From: an uncultured Methanosarcinales archaeon
GTDB taxonomy: Archaea; Nanobdellota; Nanobdellia; Woesearchaeales; JASKKU01
DNA: 64,000 bases
NCBI GenBank assembly: GCA_964445165.1
Contig: CAYUJZ010000001.1
Coordinates: forward strand, 1,591-65,590
Reading direction: 5' to 3'
Shown here: piece by piece, positions 9,227 to 19,879 of the stretch
Layout: each line of letters starts with the position of its first letter
Numbering within the stretch: position 1 is the first letter of the stretch
The notes under the pieces: generated by a model
The model's database searches: none
Told to the model about the DNA's origin: nothing
The model's input: the letters and a program-made list of their open reading frames with translations, nothing else
Translations under genes and position numbers: made by a program

Positions 9227-10897
9227 ATGACTGAAGAGCTAGTTAAAGTAAAGGGAATGGTTGTGCCTAAAAGCTTTAAGGATGAGATTTGTCCCAAGAT
9301 TACAGGAAAGCCTAATGCTGATTTTGTTGTATATAAGGGAGAGTATGCTCTTCTTTACCTGGATGACGACATAAGCTTCGATAGCCTGAAAGAAAAGCTG
9401 AGAAAAGTTGACTTTTCAAAGCTTAGAGAAAAGAAGACATTTATATTTCACAGAGGAGATAAAATATTCAGGACGGAGAAATACTTAACCTACCTGATGA
9501 TCTTCCTGGCAAAGGCAGGAATTGAATTTCAGGCTGTGGGAATTCCTTCGTGTTATTTGCAGGACAGGCTTTCAAGCTCATATGAAATAAAAGCCTTTAT
9601 GAAGGAGAATGAAACAGAGTTCGAAAATTACTTTTATTTTGAAGACTGCAAGGCCTGCAGGCTAAGATGTGCCTGTCCGGGCGCCCTTCAAAAGTACGCT
9701 GACCAGGTTTTTCCGGTTTTCTCTGATAAGAGAAAAGCCTTATCAAGCATAAGCCAGGAAATTAAGGCAAAACCAAAAGTAATCCTGAGCAAAATTGAAG
9801 ATTATGATGCCGCTCTTATTGAAAAACACATCGTTGAATCATTTGAAAAACTTGGCTTGCTGAGGCAAATAGGAAGTGAAACAAAAATTCTTATAAAGCC
9901 AAACTTAGCAGAGCCCTTCTCGCCTGAGAAGGCTGCAACGACTCATCCTGCAATTGTAGAAAGCATTATAATGCTTCTGATTAAGAAATGCAATCCAGAA
10001 AATATTTTTCTCGCGGATGTATCTGCCGGAACAAACTATAAAGAAAGCGAAAAAGCCTACAGCAATACAGGAATGCAGAAAATTGCCGATAATTACGGCA
10101 TCAAAATCATTCAATCGAAAGATATGCAATTCCTTTACAAGCAGTGTACCAACTCCTATTGGCTTGATGGCACAGATTACTTAACAATAATAAATGATGT
10201 CGATTTCATAATAAATGTTCCGAAATTCAAGACACATGGAATCTCGTTTTTTACTGGTGCGGTGAAAAACATTTTTGGGACAATCCATCCTGAAGAAAGA
10301 AAATTCATACACGCAAGGGAAGATAAGGAAGAATTTTGCAAGGGGCTTGTTGACTGCTTCTCCGGCATAGCGCATAAGGTTGCTGTTAACGTAATAGATG
10401 CGATTATTGGCATGGAAGGCGACGAAGGCCCAAGCTACGGAAATCCAAAAAAAATTGGAGCGTTGATAATTTCAAGAGATCCTGTTGCTGCTGATGCAAC
10501 TGCGTGCAGGCTAGTTGGATACAACCCCGAGGCAATGCCCACAATTAAGTTAGGCAAAGAAAAGCTTCTGGGAGAATTTGAAGAAAAAGAAATTGACATC
10601 AGCAAAGACGTCAGTAGCATGCAGGTTAAGGACTTCAAGAAGAACTCGCTTTTTGATTTTATTAACAAGCACAAGAAAGAGAAGGGCTTCGGAAAGACTT
10701 TTCTTTATAATGTAAAAATTACCGAAAAATGCGTTAAATGCGGCTCCTGCTTCCATTCCTGCCCTGTGAAAGCTATCGATATTGATGAAAACGGAAAATA
10801 TTACATCAACCAGCACAACTGCATAAGGTGCTACACCTGCCATGAATGCTGCCCAAACCACGCAATAGAACTAATCAAAATAAAAAACCCTGACTAA
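9227..10897 (+). CDS. DUF362-like domain protein with two C-terminal 4Fe-4S ferredoxin motifs and an N-terminal CKACRLRCACPG cluster
   Basis: C-terminal CVKCGSCFHSCP and CIRCYTCHECCP (2x CxxCxxCxxxCP). The central region (KILIKPNLAEP...THPAIVESII) looks DUF362-like. Confidence 0.55.
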   Translation: MTEELVKVKGMVVPKSFKDEICPKITGKPNADFVVYKGEYALLYLDDDISFDSLKEKLRKVDFSKLREKKTFIFHRGDKIFRTEKYLTYLMIFLAKAGIEFQAVGIPSCYLQDRLSSSYEIKAFMKENETEFENYFYFEDCKACRLRCACPGALQKYADQVFPVFSDKRKALSSISQEIKAKPKVILSKIEDYDAALIEKHIVESFEKLGLLRQIGSETKILIKPNLAEPFSPEKAATTHPAIVESIIMLLIKKCNPENIFLADVSAGTNYKESEKAYSNTGMQKIADNYGIKIIQSKDMQFLYKQCTNSYWLDGTDYLTIINDVDFIINVPKFKTHGISFFTGAVKNIFGTIHPEERKFIHAREDKEEFCKGLVDCFSGIAHKVAVNVIDAIIGMEGDEGPSYGNPKKIGALIISRDPVAADATACRLVGYNPEAMPTIKLGKEKLLGEFEEKEIDISKDVSSMQVKDFKKNSLFDFINKHKKEKGFGKTFLYNVKITEKCVKCGSCFHSCPVKAIDIDENGKYYINQHNCIRCYTCHECCPNHAIELIKIKNPD

Positions 10898-10941
10898 ATC
10901 AATGCTCTTTCAGAAAAATACAAGGTGAAACATATTTAAAA

Positions 10942-12663
10942 ATGAATAAGGAGATGCTTTTAGGGCTCGCTTCAGCAAATGTTCTTCTAATCAGGTTTTT
11001 CTTCACACTGCTTTTTCTTTCTTGCATTATCATTATTAAAAAAAAAAGAATTCCTTCAAAGGTTTTAATTATTGCACTTATTGCCTTCTCAATTGCCTTT
11101 GCTGATGCAATGCTTCTGCCAAAAAGAGACCTTATGTACAACGACGACTTCTACTACCAGTCTATGGCTTTATCTATAAAAGAACGCGGGAATTATTTTC
11201 TTTACCACAGGCAATTTGAAAGCGGCCCTTTTCCAAAGTCAATAGGGTACCCATTCATGCTTAGCCTCATTTACTCAACGGGAAACCTTAACCCAAAGCT
11301 CTCAAATTATGCCAATGCTTTCTTTTATGGGCTTTCTTTTGCACTTTTTGCTGTTCTTTTATGGAAAATAAATAAAACCAATGCGGAGGGAAAAAGAGAT
11401 GAAAAAGAAAAGGATAAACGCAAAAAGAAGGCACTTTTAGGCAAAAGCCTGCTTTTCACCATTTCCTTCATAGCAATGCTTTTGCTCATCTGGTCAAACA
11501 TACTCTTTAAAAAGCTTTCCACAACCGGAGAAACGCATGTTTTTTCCGTTTTTGCAATTGCTCTCTTCATTTATCTTTTTGTTAATTATGTTAAAAGAAG
11601 CTTTTCGGCATGGAGCTTTTTAGCTCTTATGGCTTCTGCCTTTCTGGCAATAGTTACAAGGCCCGAGAATGTAATGATAATATTCATTCTATACCTGGCT
11701 GCTTTTTCTCTTGCTCTGATTAACAGAAAAAAAGCTTTTTGGGTTTTTTTTTCGGCTATCCTGCTAAGCATTTTATGCATTCCTAATTTTCTGGTAATTA
11801 GGTCAGAATATATTGACATTCAATGGGGTGAGGGAAGTAATTTTGGATTGGAAAAAATACCCGAGAATGTTAGGTTTTTCTCAGATACTGTTTTTGGCAA
11901 TCAGTGGGAGTCCGGAATAGTTTTTCTGGCAGGATGCGCATACTCTTTGATTTTTTGCTTCTGGTTCCTTGCTTTTAAACTTTTGCCTTATTCAATTAAT
12001 AAGCTTAGGAAAAAATCATTTATGAAACAAGGCATTAATGCGTTTAATTTATTGTCGTTTTTCGTTATGTCGGTTCTTCTTGCTTTTACTCTTGTTATTT
12101 TTGTATCTCATGTTGACTCAAACAGGGCTCCAAGAATCTATCTCACACCAGTTATGCTTTCTTATGTTGTTTTTGGCTTGCTCGCTTTTTCGATTACAAG
12201 AAACTTTAGCAGCAAAAGGGGAAAAAAACACATCATTTACGGGGTTGCTTTTTTATCAATTGTATTGTTAGCACTTTCAAGCTTTTTCTCAGGTGTGAGG
12301 TGGGAAAAGGAGTTCAGGGAGTCAAGCAACCACAGGAAGGACCAACTTGACATGAGCGAACAGATTTACTTCTTTTTTCAGGGCATGAAAGGGGAGTATT
12401 ATGTAGTCACTCAATACCCTGAAGCTATGTTTTTTCTTGGTAAACGAGCCATAAGTGTTGATGCATTTATAGAGGGATACAACGAACTTAAAGGAAAAGA
12501 AATATATGTCTGGCTTAATAACCTATTTGACAATCCGGGATTTGCAAGAGACAAAACGCTGATGTTTTATAATCATATTAAAGAGGATGCTGAAATGATA
12601 ACGGTTCTCGAATATAAGGCCGGGCCTTATGAATCTAAGCTTGAGAAGCTGGAGTTTAATTGA
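10942..12663 (+). CDS. polytopic membrane protein, GT-C-fold (PMT/ArnT-like) glycosyltransferase candidate
   Basis: 573 aa, more than 12 predicted TM helices, acidic motif YNDDFYY in the first loop after TM1, no soluble domain. Confidence 0.45.
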   Translation: MNKEMLLGLASANVLLIRFFFTLLFLSCIIIIKKKRIPSKVLIIALIAFSIAFADAMLLPKRDLMYNDDFYYQSMALSIKERGNYFLYHRQFESGPFPKSIGYPFMLSLIYSTGNLNPKLSNYANAFFYGLSFALFAVLLWKINKTNAEGKRDEKEKDKRKKKALLGKSLLFTISFIAMLLLIWSNILFKKLSTTGETHVFSVFAIALFIYLFVNYVKRSFSAWSFLALMASAFLAIVTRPENVMIIFILYLAAFSLALINRKKAFWVFFSAILLSILCIPNFLVIRSEYIDIQWGEGSNFGLEKIPENVRFFSDTVFGNQWESGIVFLAGCAYSLIFCFWFLAFKLLPYSINKLRKKSFMKQGINAFNLLSFFVMSVLLAFTLVIFVSHVDSNRAPRIYLTPVMLSYVVFGLLAFSITRNFSSKRGKKHIIYGVAFLSIVLLALSSFFSGVRWEKEFRESSNHRKDQLDMSEQIYFFFQGMKGEYYVVTQYPEAMFFLGKRAISVDAFIEGYNELKGKEIYVWLNNLFDNPGFARDKTLMFYNHIKEDAEMITVLEYKAGPYESKLEKLEFN

Positions 12664-14162
12664 CAAAAATGGAGCTAATAGACACGATAATAAGGATGTC
12701 TTACAGAATCAATTTTGAAAGCTTCTATACTATATCGTCTTTCATTGTATTCCTGATAATTGCCTTGGTTGCACTTATTACATTCAAAGGAATAAGGCAA
12801 AGCCTAAAAGGCGGGATAAAAAAGGGAAAAATACGAAAATGGTCTAAAACTGCTATTGAAGTAATTATTGTTGGAGCAGTTGTGACAACATACTTTCTTA
12901 TAATTATGCAGGGAAAGGTGTTTTTTCCATATGATGAGACTGACATCAAGTATTATCACGGTTTCCAGAACATAATTGACCACTCAAGCTTTATGCTTTT
13001 TGGCACAACTGTCGGGCTGGGGTATTTTGCTGTCCCTATAATACTAATGCAAGCTTTCGGGATAAAAGACATGTTTCAGCTTTTCCCCCTGCTCAAGGCT
13101 CTCATGCTGTCCCTGATTTTGATTTTCTCTTATTTAATTTACTTCTTTTTCAGGAAAACGTCTCGGATTAAAGCCGGCTTTGCCTTAGCTGCCTTCCTTT
13201 CTTTTCCTGCGTTCGTAATGTCTGTCAGAGAGCTAAAAGCAATTTATTTTTTCGTTTTTCTCTCAACTTTGGCTTCTTACATGTTAATGTTGAAATGCAA
13301 GGATAAGAATTGCGGGGCAGAGTACCATTTGCTTTTTTTGCTTAATTATGCGCTTGGATCGCTTACAAGGCCAGAATTTCTTTTTTTTAACTTCCCTATT
13401 CTGATAGACTATGGGATAAGCCAATACAAAAATATAAAGGAGGAAGACTCCTGGCATGCAAAAGAGTGGCTGATTTTAGTTGTTTTTTGCCTGGTCTTAA
13501 TTGTCAGCATATTTCCTTTTTCAAGAACGATACAAAGAGTCACTGAACCTGATGAGGGCGGGAATTTTTTAAGGAATTTAAATTACCTTAAGGATTCTTT
13601 TCACAATCCAAACCTCTTTTTTGGGCCTGTTGCTCTATCATTAGTTTTTATTGTCTCGCTTCTTTTTTTCAAGCAAGCATTTTACTATGGCATAATTTAT
13701 CTGATGGTGCTAATGAGGCTCATGAATTCATTCTACTTTGATTCCCAGCTGTTTGGCTTTTATTTCTCAATTGCGTTAATAATACTCTTCCACAGGCTAA
13801 GGAAAAAAAAGGCTTTTTACTTGGCTGCGGCAATAACTATTATATTCAGTTTGAGCATTGTATTCAGCAATCTGGGCACAATCTTTATGGATGATGGCTC
13901 TGAAATCGTTGAATTTTTTTCTGACTATAAAGACAAAAACATGACCTTTTACACGAGATACCCTGGCGTATTTTTTTCGTACCTATTCAGAGGAACTAAT
14001 ATAACGGTTTTTGGAATGGATGAATGGAAGAATTTAAGCAATAATGAGATTCTTTTAGACCACAACTGCAACCCTATGAATATTGGAGGAACCCTGGTTG
14101 AGTTTGAAAAGGAAAGGTATCTAGGGTCTTTTATGCATTACTGCAAGCCAAAAAATAGCTGA
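12660..14162 (+). CDS. polytopic membrane protein, GT-C-like glycosyltransferase candidate
   Basis: 500 aa, many TM helices, PYDETD motif in the first loop, start overlaps the upstream stop. Confidence 0.45.
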   Translation: MTKMELIDTIIRMSYRINFESFYTISSFIVFLIIALVALITFKGIRQSLKGGIKKGKIRKWSKTAIEVIIVGAVVTTYFLIIMQGKVFFPYDETDIKYYHGFQNIIDHSSFMLFGTTVGLGYFAVPIILMQAFGIKDMFQLFPLLKALMLSLILIFSYLIYFFFRKTSRIKAGFALAAFLSFPAFVMSVRELKAIYFFVFLSTLASYMLMLKCKDKNCGAEYHLLFLLNYALGSLTRPEFLFFNFPILIDYGISQYKNIKEEDSWHAKEWLILVVFCLVLIVSIFPFSRTIQRVTEPDEGGNFLRNLNYLKDSFHNPNLFFGPVALSLVFIVSLLFFKQAFYYGIIYLMVLMRLMNSFYFDSQLFGFYFSIALIILFHRLRKKKAFYLAAAITIIFSLSIVFSNLGTIFMDDGSEIVEFFSDYKDKNMTFYTRYPGVFFSYLFRGTNITVFGMDEWKNLSNNEILLDHNCNPMNIGGTLVEFEKERYLGSFMHYCKPKNS

Positions 14163-14179
14163 AAAAAGAGGAAAAATAC

Positions 14180-15271
14180 ATGGAAAAAATCCCTATAGCA
14201 ATGCCGGACATTGACGAGAATGATATTAAGGCTGTTTCCAGTTGCCTTAGGTCTAGACAGATTGCTGCCGGAAAAATAACCGAAGAATTCGAGAAATTGT
14301 TTGCAAAAGAGATTGGCGTAAAGTGCTGCTTGGCTGTGAACAGCGGCACTACTGCCTTGAGAATAGCTCTCAGGTCGCTTAAACTGAGTAAAGGCTCAGA
14401 GGTGATTATTCCTGACATGTCTTTTGCCGCAACCGCCCATGCTGTATCCCTTGAGGGACTTATTCCTATTTTTTGTGACATCAAGCCTGATGGAAACATT
14501 GATGAAAGCTTAATTGAAAAAAGAATCACGCCCAAAACAAAAGCGGTTCTTGTTGTTCACCTGCACGGAATTTGCGCAAAGATTGATATGATATCAGAGA
14601 TTTGCAGGAAAAACGGGCTTTTTCTTGTTGAAGACTGCGCTCAGGCCTTTGGGTCAAATATTAATGAAAACATGGCTGGCTCTTTTGGAGATGTTTCTGC
14701 ATTCAGCTTATATGCTACAAAGAACATTGCAACAGGAGAGGGGGGAGTGGTTTGCTTTAATCATGCTGAAGATGAAGGCAAGGCTCTTAGATGGGTAAAC
14801 AACGGAAGAGAGAATGGAGAGGAGATTCTTTCCTTGGGAGACAATTTAAGGCTAAGCAATATTAATGCTTCACTTGGCATATCCCAGCTAAAGAAGCATA
14901 AAAAGATGCTAAATAAGAGGAAGGTAATTGCTGAGATATACAACAGTGAATTTTCTCGGTTAAACAGCATAATTCTGCCACCTTATTCTGGAAAATACGG
15001 GAATGCCTATCATCATTATAACCTTATCTTCAAGAGAGGAGTGGATTTTAATGAAGCGCTTGAATTTTTTGGCTCTGAAGGAATTTCGATTAAAAGGTAC
15101 TACCCTTATACCCTTTCGGAATGCGCTCCTTTTAGGAGAAAGCCTCTTAAAACTTCTGGCTTTATCTCAAAAAATTCATTTTGCATCCCAATCTTTTCCT
15201 CTATGAAAGAATCTGATGCAAAAAGAGTTGCTAAAGCTGTGAAAGATTTTGTGCGGAGGCGAGAAAAGTGA
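14180..15271 (+). CDS. DegT/DnrJ/EryC1/StrS-family PLP-dependent sugar aminotransferase
   Basis: AVNSGTTALRIAL and SLYATKNIATGEGG (PLP-Lys context) at family-typical spacing. Confidence 0.85.
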   Translation: MEKIPIAMPDIDENDIKAVSSCLRSRQIAAGKITEEFEKLFAKEIGVKCCLAVNSGTTALRIALRSLKLSKGSEVIIPDMSFAATAHAVSLEGLIPIFCDIKPDGNIDESLIEKRITPKTKAVLVVHLHGICAKIDMISEICRKNGLFLVEDCAQAFGSNINENMAGSFGDVSAFSLYATKNIATGEGGVVCFNHAEDEGKALRWVNNGRENGEEILSLGDNLRLSNINASLGISQLKKHKKMLNKRKVIAEIYNSEFSRLNSIILPPYSGKYGNAYHHYNLIFKRGVDFNEALEFFGSEGISIKRYYPYTLSECAPFRRKPLKTSGFISKNSFCIPIFSSMKESDAKRVAKAVKDFVRRREK

Positions 15272-16614
15272 ATATTCTCGTTCTGAACCTTCCGTTTGGC
15301 TCAAAGATTATAAGAAGGTACAGCTGCTCTTACTATGCGAGGGGATTTCTTTATCCGCCTGAAGAGTTGCTAAGAGTTGCAACAATTATAAAGGAATATT
15401 CTGAAAACCAGGTGTTTTTTTTAGACTCTATTGCTAAAAAAAGGAGTGTTTCAGATGTTTTGAGCTTTATTAAAAGTAGGAATATTCAACTGGTTATTAC
15501 TCTTCTGGGGATAGATTTTGTGCATAAAGACTATAAAACAATCAGAAGAATGAAAAAAGCAGTGCCCGGGCTTAAGATTGCCGGAATTGGGTATATGCCT
15601 TCTCGTTTCAAGGACAGTTTTCAGGAATTAGACTTTGTCCTTGACAACTTCTTTGAGCAAAGATTATTTGATGCGCTTAAAGAAAAAGACTTTCTCAAAG
15701 GGCTTAAGAAGAGCCAAAGCAAAAGATTAGAATTCAATCCAGATATCATTAGCTCAACTAACAGGAATTTTGTTAGGGCTTCTGATTATTCTGAGCTTTT
15801 CTGCAGGGGAAAAACCGCTTTTTTGTATTACGCCTTTGGCTGCTCATTCCACTGCAGTTACTGCATCCACTCATATGACTTAAAGCCTTCTGTAAAAAGA
15901 GACAAAGGAAAGGTGCTTTCAGAGATACTTGAGATTTACAAGGCGGGTTATAAGAATATAAGATTCCTCGATGATAACATTACGCAGGACGTTGGCTTTT
16001 TGGCGGATTTAAGAGATTTTGTAAGAAGGAAAAAAATAAAGCTAAATTTTTATGGTCTTTCTAGAATTGACTTGATTAACAGCAAAACGGTTGCCCTGCT
16101 TAAGGAAATTAATTTTAAAAGGCTTTACATTGGGCTGGAAACATTTAGCCCGGAAATGCAGAAGCTCTACAAAAAAAACATTGATGTGGATTTTGCCGGC
16201 TTAAGGAAAAAATTCTCTTTGTTGAGAAAGAACGGCATTGAAACTGGCGTATGGATTCTTTACAGCCCGATGCATGAAAACAAGAATGATATTGCGGATT
16301 ATGCAAAGAGTTTGCGAAAGTTGAAGGCTTCGCTAGTAAATATAAGCATAGTTACACCTTATATCGGAACAGAGCTTTTTGAAGATGAAAGAGAATCTAT
16401 AAGGTTTAGGCTTATGCCTTTCGTTTCTGAATTCACCCAGTCAAAAGGGGTGGTGAAGGTTGAACGGTGTTTTTGGATTTCTTACCTGGCAAGCCCCTGG
16501 AGTTTTTTAAGGTATTTTTGGCTTTCACTTAAACACCCTGTTGCTGCTGTAGAAATAGCCTTGGGGTTTATAAGCTTCGGCAGAAAAGATTCTGAAAGAA
16601 AAGATTTCATCTAG
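15268..16614 (+). CDS. class-B (B12-binding domain) radical SAM enzyme
   Basis: N-terminal Rossmann-like domain, then GCSFHCSYC (CxxxCxxC) at about residue 190; overlaps the aminotransferase stop. Confidence 0.8.
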   Translation: MNILVLNLPFGSKIIRRYSCSYYARGFLYPPEELLRVATIIKEYSENQVFFLDSIAKKRSVSDVLSFIKSRNIQLVITLLGIDFVHKDYKTIRRMKKAVPGLKIAGIGYMPSRFKDSFQELDFVLDNFFEQRLFDALKEKDFLKGLKKSQSKRLEFNPDIISSTNRNFVRASDYSELFCRGKTAFLYYAFGCSFHCSYCIHSYDLKPSVKRDKGKVLSEILEIYKAGYKNIRFLDDNITQDVGFLADLRDFVRRKKIKLNFYGLSRIDLINSKTVALLKEINFKRLYIGLETFSPEMQKLYKKNIDVDFAGLRKKFSLLRKNGIETGVWILYSPMHENKNDIADYAKSLRKLKASLVNISIVTPYIGTELFEDERESIRFRLMPFVSEFTQSKGVVKVERCFWISYLASPWSFLRYFWLSLKHPVAAVEIALGFISFGRKDSERKDFI

Positions 16615-16632
16615 CTTTTTTGCCCGCCAATC

Positions 16633-18408
16633 TTATTCTGGGAAAGGCACGGGGTTGTGGTTTTCTATAACATTCAAAACGAAAGCCTCGTTTCTGTAAA
16701 CTTCTGTTTTTTTGTCAAAAGCATCTATAATTTCCTCAAGATTTTCTCTCATTTCAGCAAAATGCCCGTATAACTCAGTTTCATTGCAGAAACTCAGGAA
16801 ATAAAAGCGCTCATAAGAATTTAACCTTTCCTTTAGGTATGATTGCTCTCCCAAATCATGAATCCTAAACAAAACGAAATCTCTCTCTGTCCTAAGAAAG
16901 ATTAGCTCTATATTTGTAATATGCATAAAAACTACTGGCAGATCTTCAGTCATCCTAAGCGCAACATCATCAAAAAAACCAATACTATCAAAATATCTTT
17001 GATTATGCTGGCTAAAACTAAATATTAAACTTAAGATAATGAACACTAAAACGACCATTAAAACTGAACTTGCCTTCCTGAGGCCTCTGTATTTGAATGC
17101 GGGAAAGGATAAAGCAATAGGAATAACAAGAAAATAAAAGAATACATGCAGAAACCTTCCATCAAAGTTAGAAGTTTCAAGGTAAGAGAGAATATTAAGT
17201 ATGCAAAATGAAAATAGTAAGAAAAAGGTTATTTCTCCTAGGGTTGTCTTCTCTTCCTTCCCTGATTTGCCAATTACCTGAAAAACAAGCCGAATCATGA
17301 ATAAAACAAAGAATGCGATAAGAGAATAAGTAACAAAAGGCTTAAAATAAAACAAATAATGCAATAATTCAGGTAACCAGTATGCAAAAAGCCTATCGAG
17401 ATAGCCTGAAAGGGAATAATGGCCTAATACCTGTGTTCGACTTAGGGAGTAAATAAGAATGGCAAGAAAAAAGATAACACCTGAGAGTGCATACAACCTT
17501 TTCTTTTTATGGCTAAAAAGCAAGAATGCCAAAGATGTGGATAAATATAAAGGGAAAAGCGCAAATGCACTAATAGAAACTTCTGTTTGGCCCATAACTC
17601 TTATTTCAGATGTGAGATAGAAAAAAAAGCCAAATAAAAGAAATACTGCCAGAGTTAAAAGAATAACTTTCCTAGTGGGCTTATTTTTCAGATTCAAGTC
17701 AATATTCCTTCGCGAGATGATGTATGCAATAATAACGGGGAGCAACAAGATAGTTTCTACCCGAGTAAGAACTAGAATAGATAGAATAAATGCAAGAAAG
17801 TGAAGGTTCTTCAGCTTAACATAATCAGTAATAAAGATTATAGAGAAAAATATCATTAGGTAAAGATTTTCAGAATAAAAATTAAAAACATAAAAAAGAA
17901 AAAGAGGCATCACAAAAAGAAGAAACGACGCAAATAGAGCTATGTAAGGGCCTTTTCTCCTTGAAACGAAAAGAAAAATAAAAAATGATGAAAGAAGATT
18001 CAGAAAAAAAACAAGGCCCCGCATTCCAAGGTCATAATGCTGCTGAGGAAATATTGTCCTGATAACGGATATAGCAATAGGATAAGTTAATTCATGCTCT
18101 CCTGAGAAGAGCCAGAAAGTGCAATACTCATCAAGTTCCGGAGTTCTAAAGAAGATCCTGTCAAGAATGCATTTTGCTTGGGACTCATAGGTTAATGACT
18201 CGGATGTCATTGACCTGTCGAAGAATGGTAACGAGAAGATAAAGGTCATCAAAGCTATCAGAATTAAAAGAAAGTACCGATTTTTTGAGATAAGTTTCAG
18301 AAATTCATTTTTGCTGTCTGCAAGTATTTTGAAAAAAGAAAAGATAGCGCCAGCAATGAATATAAAATAGCCCGCCAGTATTAAGTACAGTAAAGCCATT
18401 TTTTCCAC
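16633..18408 (-). CDS. polytopic membrane protein, GT-C-like glycosyltransferase candidate
   Basis: 591 aa, more than 12 TM helices, TPELDEY in an early loop. Confidence 0.45.
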   Translation of the reverse strand: MEKMALLYLILAGYFIFIAGAIFSFFKILADSKNEFLKLISKNRYFLLILIALMTFIFSLPFFDRSMTSESLTYESQAKCILDRIFFRTPELDEYCTFWLFSGEHELTYPIAISVIRTIFPQQHYDLGMRGLVFFLNLLSSFFIFLFVSRRKGPYIALFASFLLFVMPLFLFYVFNFYSENLYLMIFFSIIFITDYVKLKNLHFLAFILSILVLTRVETILLLPVIIAYIISRRNIDLNLKNKPTRKVILLTLAVFLLFGFFFYLTSEIRVMGQTEVSISAFALFPLYLSTSLAFLLFSHKKKRLYALSGVIFFLAILIYSLSRTQVLGHYSLSGYLDRLFAYWLPELLHYLFYFKPFVTYSLIAFFVLFMIRLVFQVIGKSGKEEKTTLGEITFFLLFSFCILNILSYLETSNFDGRFLHVFFYFLVIPIALSFPAFKYRGLRKASSVLMVVLVFIILSLIFSFSQHNQRYFDSIGFFDDVALRMTEDLPVVFMHITNIELIFLRTERDFVLFRIHDLGEQSYLKERLNSYERFYFLSFCNETELYGHFAEMRENLEEIIDAFDKKTEVYRNEAFVLNVIENHNPVPFPE

Positions 18409-18433
18409 TTAATAAAAAGATAACGCGCCTTTA

Positions 18434-19879
18434 TTAGTAATGAACAATATCAAATCCATAAACATGATAATAGGTTATAAGGTACTTAAAATCCATGCCT
18501 AATGCAAGCCCTCTTAATACATACCTAAAAAAGTTAATGAGATATTTAAGGTTTTGTTTTCTGAGAATTACTCCTATTCTTCTTGGGAGAGTCTGGCTGT
18601 ATGCCTTTGCCTGAAACATCTCAACATGCCGAGATGACAAGCCAGGGTAGTCTATCACTGCATCAAAGCTTATGTTGTTTGCTGTTTTAGATTTCCTTAG
18701 GTTAATCTTTCCGCCTTCCTTTATAACCAGTTCTTTGGATTCGTCAGTGAAAGGCTTGAAAACAAAAAACACGCTCCTGTCGCTTTTAATCTCTTTTGCC
18801 AGGCTTAATGTCTGGCGGAGTGTTGCCTTTGACTCTCCTGGGGCGCCAAGGATAAAGTATGCAGTTGTGCGGATTCCGTACTTTTTTGTGAGCCTGAACA
18901 CTTCTCTTACTTTTTGGGTTGAAAGCTGCTTGTTCATGATAAGGTTTCGGATTTTCTCGTTTCCTGACTCAACACCAAGCCTCAATATTTCGCACCCCGA
19001 ATCAGACAACAGCCTTATTTTCTCTTCATCAAGGTGATCAACTCTTGAGAACATTGAATATTTCTGCTTTTTTGTGTCTGCTGCTTTCTTATACTCTTTA
19101 CAAAACTCCTTCAGCCATTCTCTGTCCATTGTAGGGATCTGGTCAAAAAGCTGTATCAGCTTAAGGCCTTTATTCTGGTACTTATTCCACTGCCAGGCAA
19201 GCTCTTCTGCCAGCCTTTTTGGTGACATTGACCTGAAGTACCTGCCCGGGATTGCCTTCTTTATCCCGCAGGACTCGCAAAAAGTGCAATTGTATGTGCA
19301 GCCTCTTGTCCCAATCTGGTAAAGCATTCCGAGGAAATAGAAGTATTTGTCCAGGTCTTTCCATAGGCTCCAGTCCAAATAAGGCAGTGAATCAAGGTCT
19401 GAAAAGAAGTGACCAGGGTTTCTGGTTTCCTTGCCTTTTGCCTTAATCCAGACTCCGCTAATCCTGGCCAATTCATCGGGAGAGTTCAGGGAATCGAGGA
19501 TTTTGCAGATGGTGTCATCTGCATCACCTACTACAAGAACATCGCAGTAGCTGAGATTAAAGAGCTCCTCAGGATGCACTGATGCATGGTAGCCTCCGTA
19601 AAGGACTTTTGTTTTTGGCGAGATTCTTTTTACTTCTTTGCTTATTTCTTTTATAAACTGCAGGTAAAGCGAGTTAACTGAAAACCCTATTGCATCTGGC
19701 CTGTGCCTGGCAATATGCTCTCTCAAAAGCCTTCTCCATTGCTTTCTTCTGAAGGTAAAGTCAAGAATGGCTGCCTTGTGTGTGCCTTTTTTATTTACAA
19801 TTGTAGCAAGGGTAGTTATCGCTATATCTAGTGCGCTAAAATCACCGCCCAGAACCGGATTCACAAAAGTTATCTTCAT
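18434..19879 (-). CDS. class-B (B12-binding) radical SAM enzyme
   Basis: N-terminal B12-binding-like domain with YGGYHASVHPEE (GGxHxS/T), then GCTYNCTFC. Confidence 0.8.
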   Translation of the reverse strand: MKITFVNPVLGGDFSALDIAITTLATIVNKKGTHKAAILDFTFRRKQWRRLLREHIARHRPDAIGFSVNSLYLQFIKEISKEVKRISPKTKVLYGGYHASVHPEELFNLSYCDVLVVGDADDTICKILDSLNSPDELARISGVWIKAKGKETRNPGHFFSDLDSLPYLDWSLWKDLDKYFYFLGMLYQIGTRGCTYNCTFCESCGIKKAIPGRYFRSMSPKRLAEELAWQWNKYQNKGLKLIQLFDQIPTMDREWLKEFCKEYKKAADTKKQKYSMFSRVDHLDEEKIRLLSDSGCEILRLGVESGNEKIRNLIMNKQLSTQKVREVFRLTKKYGIRTTAYFILGAPGESKATLRQTLSLAKEIKSDRSVFFVFKPFTDESKELVIKEGGKINLRKSKTANNISFDAVIDYPGLSSRHVEMFQAKAYSQTLPRRIGVILRKQNLKYLINFFRYVLRGLALGMDFKYLITYYHVYGFDIVHY